From an uncultured Planctomycetota bacterium (GTDB lineage Bacteria; Planctomycetota; Phycisphaerae; Tepidisphaerales; Tepidisphaeraceae): a stretch of 64,000 nt of DNA. The position numbers and the translations under genes were made by a program. The first letter of the stretch is position 1. Each line of letters opens with the position of its first letter. Location: NCBI GenBank assembly GCA_963841915.1, contig CAWJEN010000006.1, positions 32,001-96,000 on the forward strand, in the 5' to 3' direction. Shown here in pieces: positions 58,679 to 64,000 of this stretch. The notes beneath the pieces were generated by a model that saw only the letters and a list, made by a program, of their open reading frames with translations, was not told the DNA's origin and made no database searches.

Positions 58679-59794
58679 ATGAACGTCGCCCTACCCGCCG
58701 ACCTGACGCTTCCCCTTGCCGCCGGTGTCGGTGAGTCGTCCGCCGGCGTGATGACGCCCCTGGTCGTCGGCGTCATCAGCGCTGCCGCCGCCATCGGCAT
58801 GCTGCTGTTGCTTCCCAGCAAAAAGTCGGCCACCTGGCGACGACTCGGCGGTGCACTTGTCGCCGCGGCGTTGCTGTCGTACGCGATCACCGCCCTGCTG
58901 TCGGCAACGTTCCCGAACCTCTACTTCTGGGCCTTTGCCGCCATTGCGGTCGGTGGCAGTGTGCGGGTCATCACGCACCCGCAGCCGGTCTACTCGGCGT
59001 TGTACTTCGTCTTGACGGTCTTTGCCTCGGCAGGGTTGTTCGTCATCGCCTACGCCGAGTTCATGGCTGCGGCGCTGATTACGATTTATGCCGGTGCGAT
59101 TCTGGTGACGTACACGTTCGTCATCATGCTCGCCGCCGACGCCGCGCCGGAAGAAACGGGCGTCGCCGGTAAGGAGAAGGCGGCCAAGGACTTCATCGCC
59201 GCCCACGACGCCAACGCCCGCTCGCCGGTCGTGGCCAGCATCATCGGCTTTGTCATGGCCGGCATGCTCCTGTTCGTCGTCTTCGAGCGAGCGCCGGACC
59301 CAGACCTGTACGAGAAGCAGCTCAGCGTCATCGACGCCGACTATCTGAAGGTTCGCCACGCGTCGCTGCAAGTTGCGGAGACGACAGAAGTAGGCGTGGT
59401 GTCGACAACCGACGAAGACGCAACCGATGCGGTCGTCGCTGACGTGGCAGTGGCGACGCCGGCCGAAGCACCGCTTACCCGCGGCGACCTGTACACGTAC
59501 GACAACCGCCTGGCCTACGCCCAGGAGAAGGATCGCGGCAGCATCCAGGTGCTGGGTGTCTACTTGTTCACGCGGCAAATGGTGTCGCTTCAGGTAGCGG
59601 GCCTGATCCTGACGGTGGCCATGATCGGTGCGATCGTGATCGCCCGCCGCCGCATCTTGCCCGGTAACGCCGACGATCAGGCCGGTGGTGACGAGACGCT
59701 GACGATGCCGTTTACGCCTGTCAACGACAACCCCAAGAGCCTGCCGGTCTACGGCACCGCCTCGCCGCGGCAGAAGGCGTACCCCCAGAACTGA
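58679..59794 (+). CDS. nuoJ: NADH-quinone oxidoreductase subunit J (extended)
   Basis: PVYSALYF, IYAGAILV and LTVAMIGAIVIA. Confidence 0.9.
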   Translation: MNVALPADLTLPLAAGVGESSAGVMTPLVVGVISAAAAIGMLLLLPSKKSATWRRLGGALVAAALLSYAITALLSATFPNLYFWAFAAIAVGGSVRVITHPQPVYSALYFVLTVFASAGLFVIAYAEFMAAALITIYAGAILVTYTFVIMLAADAAPEETGVAGKEKAAKDFIAAHDANARSPVVASIIGFVMAGMLLFVVFERAPDPDLYEKQLSVIDADYLKVRHASLQVAETTEVGVVSTTDEDATDAVVADVAVATPAEAPLTRGDLYTYDNRLAYAQEKDRGSIQVLGVYLFTRQMVSLQVAGLILTVAMIGAIVIARRRILPGNADDQAGGDETLTMPFTPVNDNPKSLPVYGTASPRQKAYPQN

Positions 59795-59803
59795 CCCGCT
59801 GCC

Positions 59804-60112
59804 ATGGAACTCCTCGGACTTCAGCATTTCCTCGCGGTCGGCGGCATCATGTTCGCCCTGGGCATGATCGGGTTCATGACCCGCCGGAACCTCATCGTGA
59901 TGTTCCTGTGCACGGAACTCATGTTCCAGGGCGTGGCCATCAGCCTTGTCGCCTTTGCGGCTTACCACAACAACGTCGCGGGCCAAGCGTTCGTCATCTT
60001 CCTGCTCGTTGTCGCCGCCGCCGAGGCGACCTTGGCACTTGGCATCGTGGTCCTGCTGTTCCGCCAGAAGGGCACTGTCGACAGCGAGGCGTGGAAAGAA
60101 CTCCGGGAATAG
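59804..60112 (+). CDS. nuoK: NADH-quinone oxidoreductase subunit K
   Basis: RRNLI...ELM...GQAF...VAAAEA. Confidence 0.95.
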   Translation: MELLGLQHFLAVGGIMFALGMIGFMTRRNLIVMFLCTELMFQGVAISLVAFAAYHNNVAGQAFVIFLLVVAAAEATLALGIVVLLFRQKGTVDSEAWKELRE

Positions 60113-60178
60113 TCCCGACCCGCCTTCCGCCCTCGCCTTTTCGCCCCGCCCGCTTCTCCCGACACTTTCGCGTTCCCG

Positions 60179-62614
60179 ATGGACTTTCTCGCCTCGATCT
60201 CCTGGCTCATCCCGTTGCTTCCGCTGCTCGCAGCGGCGGTTGCCGGGTTCGCAGGCAAGCGTCTGCTGCGCGGCCGAAGCCACTGGCCTATCTGGATCGG
60301 CGTCGGCTCGTCGGCCGTCCTGTCGCTGGCGATCCTCTTCTCGATGCTCGGCGCGTCGACCAACGAGACCGTCGCCTTCAGCCAGGCTTACCAAGACACG
60401 GTTCATGGCAAGCCCGAGATCCTGCTCGCCGGTGACGGCGAGCACGACGAAGATCACGGTGAAGCAAACGAGGTCGCGGCTGATCACGACGTAGAATCCG
60501 GTCACGGCCCCGACGGTGACGTCAAGCTGTTCACCAGCACGTGGTTCACCTGGATCGCGGCCGGTGAGGCCAGTGACCGCAACGTCCCGCCGGCCCTATC
60601 CGCAGGCGAATCGGTGTTGCTCAACAGCTCCCGCTCGGCCGCCGGTGCGACGACCGGGCTGCCGACGCGTGAGACGAGCGGCTACTTCGAGGTCATGGCA
60701 GGCACGCTGCTCGACCCGCTGTCAGCGGTCATGCTCAGCGTTGTCTGCGGCATCGGCTTCCTCATCACCGTCTTCGCCGCCGGTTACATGAAGGGCGAGA
60801 CGGGGTACTGGCGGTTTTTTGCCTACCTGGGCCTGTTCATCTTTGCGATGACGAACCTGGTGATGGGCGAGAACCTCATCATGCTCTACCTCGGCTGGGA
60901 GGGCGTGGGTCTGTGTTCGTACCTGCTGATTGGCTACTACTACGAGAAGCCCGCCGCCCGTGAGGCCGCCAAGAAGGCGTTCCTCGTCAACCGCGTCGGT
61001 GACTTCGGCTTTGCCATCGGCATCATGCTCATCTGGTGGTGCTACGGCACCGTGAGCTACTTCGGCGAAGGCGGCGTCATCGGTGACGGCTTCGTCGAGA
61101 TGGCGACAAACTACAAAGCGTACGTTCCCCTCGATCGGCAGTGGGCGATCCCTTATATCCCGTTCGCTCTGATGCTCGGAGCGTTCGGCAAGAGTGCCCA
61201 GTTCCCGCTGTACGTCTGGCTGCCCGACGCCATGGAAGGCCCAACGCCCGTGTCGGCCCTCATCCACGCCGCCACGATGGTCACGGCCGGTGTCTACATG
61301 ATCGCTCGGCTCAACCCGATCTTCGCCGGCAGCTCTGCCGCGTTGACAACGATCACCGTCGTCGGCACGTTCACCGCCCTGTTCGCCGCGACCATCGCCC
61401 TTCGGCAGTTCGACCTTAAGAAGGTCTTCGCCTACTCGACGGTCTCGCAGCTCGGCTACATGTTCGTCGCCGTCGGTGTGCTCGCTCCGATGGCCGGCGT
61501 GTTCCACCTCGTCACGCACGCCTTCTTCAAGGCACTGCTGTTCCTCTCGAGCGGCGTCGTCATGCACGCCATGCTCGGCCACCTCGACATGCGGAAGATG
61601 TCGGGCCTCAAGACCGTCCTGCCCAAGACACGCTGGCTCATGCTCGCCGGTTGCCTGTGCCTGGCCGGCTTCCCGCTCACCAGCGGATTCTTCTCGAAGG
61701 ACGAGATCATCCACTTCGCCCACATCCATACGGCAGGCGATTGGGTCGGCTATCTGCTGTGGTTCGTGCTGCTACTGACCGCCTTCATGACGGCGTACTA
61801 CACGTTCCGCCTGTACTTCCGCGTCTTCGAAGGCCCAACGGTCGTACCGACGACGCCGGCCCCGGGGCATCATCACGACGACCACGCCTCAGACGCGCAC
61901 GCCCCCCACGGCCACACCAGTGCGTCTGCCGTTCACGAGGACGACACAGTTGAGAGCGGCGTCGACGCGCCGCACGGGCATGACGCTTCTGGTCACGGCC
62001 ACCACGACCACGAACCGCCGGTCATGATCCTGCCGCTGACGGTGCTGGCGGTCGGCGCCCTCATCGCCGGGTTCTTCCAGTTCCCGTTCCACTTCCTCGG
62101 CAGCTTCCTGGGCGACTCGGCGAGCTTCGTCACCGGCTGGGACGTCGCCGTCCAGACGTTCGGCAACAACACCGTCTACCCCGTCGGCGGTGCGTACGGC
62201 TACGAACTGCACGGCTTCTGGGGCTACATCTGGAGCGTCCTGCCCGGTCTCGTCACCGGCACGATCATCGCCTTGGCAGGCATCGGGCTCGCCTGGTTCC
62301 TGCACCTTAAGCACCGCGACAAAGCCGTCGGCCTCGCCCACACGCTGCGGCCGTTTGCAAGCCTGCTTGAGGGCAAGTACTTCGTCGACGAGATTTACGA
62401 TGCGGTCATCGTCACGCCGCTCCGCGTGCTGGGCAAGATCCTGGCCGGCATCGACCGGTTCCTGATCGATGGCCTCGTCTCCCTTGCCGGGTTCCTGCCG
62501 TGGGTGGGCGGTGCGGGTCTACGCATCGGGACGCAGCGTGGTGCTTTGCAGGGCTATGCCGTCGGCATGCTGCTGGGCGTTGCCGTTCTCGTCGCCGTAG
62601 TTGCTCTGCTCTAA
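60179..62614 (+). CDS. nuoL: NADH-quinone oxidoreductase subunit L
   Basis: GWEGVGLCSYLLIG, KSAQFPLYVWLPDAMEGPTPVSALIHAATMV and HAFFKALLF. Confidence 0.97.
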   Translation: MDFLASISWLIPLLPLLAAAVAGFAGKRLLRGRSHWPIWIGVGSSAVLSLAILFSMLGASTNETVAFSQAYQDTVHGKPEILLAGDGEHDEDHGEANEVAADHDVESGHGPDGDVKLFTSTWFTWIAAGEASDRNVPPALSAGESVLLNSSRSAAGATTGLPTRETSGYFEVMAGTLLDPLSAVMLSVVCGIGFLITVFAAGYMKGETGYWRFFAYLGLFIFAMTNLVMGENLIMLYLGWEGVGLCSYLLIGYYYEKPAAREAAKKAFLVNRVGDFGFAIGIMLIWWCYGTVSYFGEGGVIGDGFVEMATNYKAYVPLDRQWAIPYIPFALMLGAFGKSAQFPLYVWLPDAMEGPTPVSALIHAATMVTAGVYMIARLNPIFAGSSAALTTITVVGTFTALFAATIALRQFDLKKVFAYSTVSQLGYMFVAVGVLAPMAGVFHLVTHAFFKALLFLSSGVVMHAMLGHLDMRKMSGLKTVLPKTRWLMLAGCLCLAGFPLTSGFFSKDEIIHFAHIHTAGDWVGYLLWFVLLLTAFMTAYYTFRLYFRVFEGPTVVPTTPAPGHHHDDHASDAHAPHGHTSASAVHEDDTVESGVDAPHGHDASGHGHHDHEPPVMILPLTVLAVGALIAGFFQFPFHFLGSFLGDSASFVTGWDVAVQTFGNNTVYPVGGAYGYELHGFWGYIWSVLPGLVTGTIIALAGIGLAWFLHLKHRDKAVGLAHTLRPFASLLEGKYFVDEIYDAVIVTPLRVLGKILAGIDRFLIDGLVSLAGFLPWVGGAGLRIGTQRGALQGYAVGMLLGVAVLVAVVALL

Positions 62615-62658
62615 GTTGTCCTGAATCGACAGTTGTCCCGAACCGACTGACCTAGCCG

Positions 62659-64000
62659 ATGCTCCTGCTCACGCTCATTCTCCTGCCGGCTTTGGCCGCC
62701 GCGGCCATCCTGCTCGCCCCGGCGACGATGGCCCGCGTCATCGCCTTCGGCTTCTCGATCGTCGAGCTGGTCCTGGCCCTGCTGTTCCTCGGCGTCGGCC
62801 TGCGCAACGGCCAGGTCGAGCCGTACGCGCCCGAGGCCCTGCAAGTCGCCAGCCTCGGCCTGGGCGTCAAGCTCGGGCTCTCTGCCACCGGTTATTGGCT
62901 CGTCCTGCTGACCGCCATCCTCACGCCGCTGATGCTGCTCAGTTCGTGGGACAGCAAGCTCCCGAGCCAGAAGGGCTACTACTTCTGGCTGACGCTGCTC
63001 GTCACGCCGATGGTCGGCACGTTCCTGGCCCGCGACGCGATCCTCTTCTACGTCTTTTTCGAGCTGACGCTCGTGCCGATGTTCTTCCTCATCGGCATCT
63101 GGGGCGGCCAGGACCGCGCCTACGCCGCTAAGAAGTTCTTCCTGTACACGTTCGTCGGTGGCGTCTTTACGCTGGCCGCCCTGCTGTTCGTCGGCATCAA
63201 CGCCGGCACCTTCGACCTGGCGACGATGACGGTGTGGGCCCAGACGCACGTCACCGACCCGACGACGAAGGTGCTGCTCTTCTGTGCCCTGTTTGCCGGT
63301 TTTGCCGTCAAGATCCCGCTCTTCCCGGTCCACACCTGGCTGCCGCTGGCCCACACCGTTGCCCCGACGGCCGGCAGCGTCATCCTTGCCGGCGTGCTGC
63401 TCAAGCTCGGCACCTACGGCCTGCTCGTCGTCGTCATTCCGCTGGGCCTCATCTCGACCGGCGGGCTCATGCCCGTGATGTCAGGCACCGTCGTTCCCGT
63501 CGTGGCCGTCCTGGCGATCATCGGCATCATCTACGGCGCACTCGTCGCCTGGGTGCAGACCGACGTCAAGAAGCTCGTGGCCTACTCGTCGGTTAGCCAC
63601 CTCGGCTTCTGCGTGTTGGGCCTCATCGCCCTCAACGACGTCGGCATGCAGGGCAGCGTCTTCTACATGATCAACCACGGCATCAGCACAGGGGCCCTGT
63701 TCCTGATGATCGGCATGATCTACGACCGCTTCCACACGCGCGAGTTCGCCGACTACAGCGGCCTGGGCAGCGTGATGCCGGTCTTCAGCTTCTTCCTCGT
63801 GCTGTTCACGATGAGCTCGATCGGCCTGCCCGGCACGAACGGCTTTGTCAGTGAGTTCCTCACGATTCTCGGCGCCTTCACCAGCGACCACCTCGGCCCG
63901 ATCTACGGCATCTTCGCCACGCTGGGTGTCGTGCTGGGTGCGATCTACATGCTCCACATGGTCGCCCGCCTGATCTTCGGCCCGCTCAAGGTGCCCGGCC
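62659..64000 (+). CDS. nuoM: NADH-quinone oxidoreductase subunit M (runs off the window end)
   Basis: FYVFFE, KIPLFPVHTWLP, LLKLG, AYSSVSH and GLPGTNGFVSEF; frame is open to 64000. Confidence 0.96.
   Translation, partial: MLLLTLILLPALAAAAILLAPATMARVIAFGFSIVELVLALLFLGVGLRNGQVEPYAPEALQVASLGLGVKLGLSATGYWLVLLTAILTPLMLLSSWDSKLPSQKGYYFWLTLLVTPMVGTFLARDAILFYVFFELTLVPMFFLIGIWGGQDRAYAAKKFFLYTFVGGVFTLAALLFVGINAGTFDLATMTVWAQTHVTDPTTKVLLFCALFAGFAVKIPLFPVHTWLPLAHTVAPTAGSVILAGVLLKLGTYGLLVVVIPLGLISTGGLMPVMSGTVVPVVAVLAIIGIIYGALVAWVQTDVKKLVAYSSVSHLGFCVLGLIALNDVGMQGSVFYMINHGISTGALFLMIGMIYDRFHTREFADYSGLGSVMPVFSFFLVLFTMSSIGLPGTNGFVSEFLTILGAFTSDHLGPIYGIFATLGVVLGAIYMLHMVARLIFGPLKVPG

Noticed and set aside
62614..62647. 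17-bp imperfect tandem duplication between nuoL and nuoM
   Set aside because: Real, but only two copies and no evidence of function.

Overview
High-GC bacterial chromosome segment, most likely Planctomycetota, class Phycisphaerae. This is inferred from prepilin/H-X9-DG proteins, PEP-CTERM proteins with dockerin-like repeats, DUF4159 and DUF11 proteins and the RVRDLPG variant of RpsL. Most of the window is housekeeping: pssA, psd, a pmtA-like methyltransferase, tRNA-Leu(CAG), rpsL-rpsG, proA, a YhaO/YhaN-like pair, ftsH, tRNA-Gln(CTG), ppk2, pduO, rpsD, mutY, nuoF, purN, purU and nuoJKLM. Two parS sites flank ftsH, which suggests a position near the replication origin. There are two accessory regions. 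(1) About 0.3-7.3 kb holds a 21-bp-period palindrome array, several REP-like doublets and a lower-GC cassette. The cassette carries an uncharacterised two-gene module (membrane protein plus a protein with a phage prohead-protease-like Cys/His motif), a decayed guaB 5' fragment and a PARIS-like ABC-ATPase/DUF4435 pair. (2) About 55.5-58.2 kb holds a prepilin-like gene, a MauE/DoxX gene, a secreted 8-Cys small protein and a membrane-anchored hypothetical gene. Many genes have a TAnnnT box 5-9 nt before the start codon and no Shine-Dalgarno, which suggests widespread leaderless transcription. Three single-base frameshifts in the first 12 kb are probably assembly errors. All family calls come from motif recognition by eye; no searches were run.
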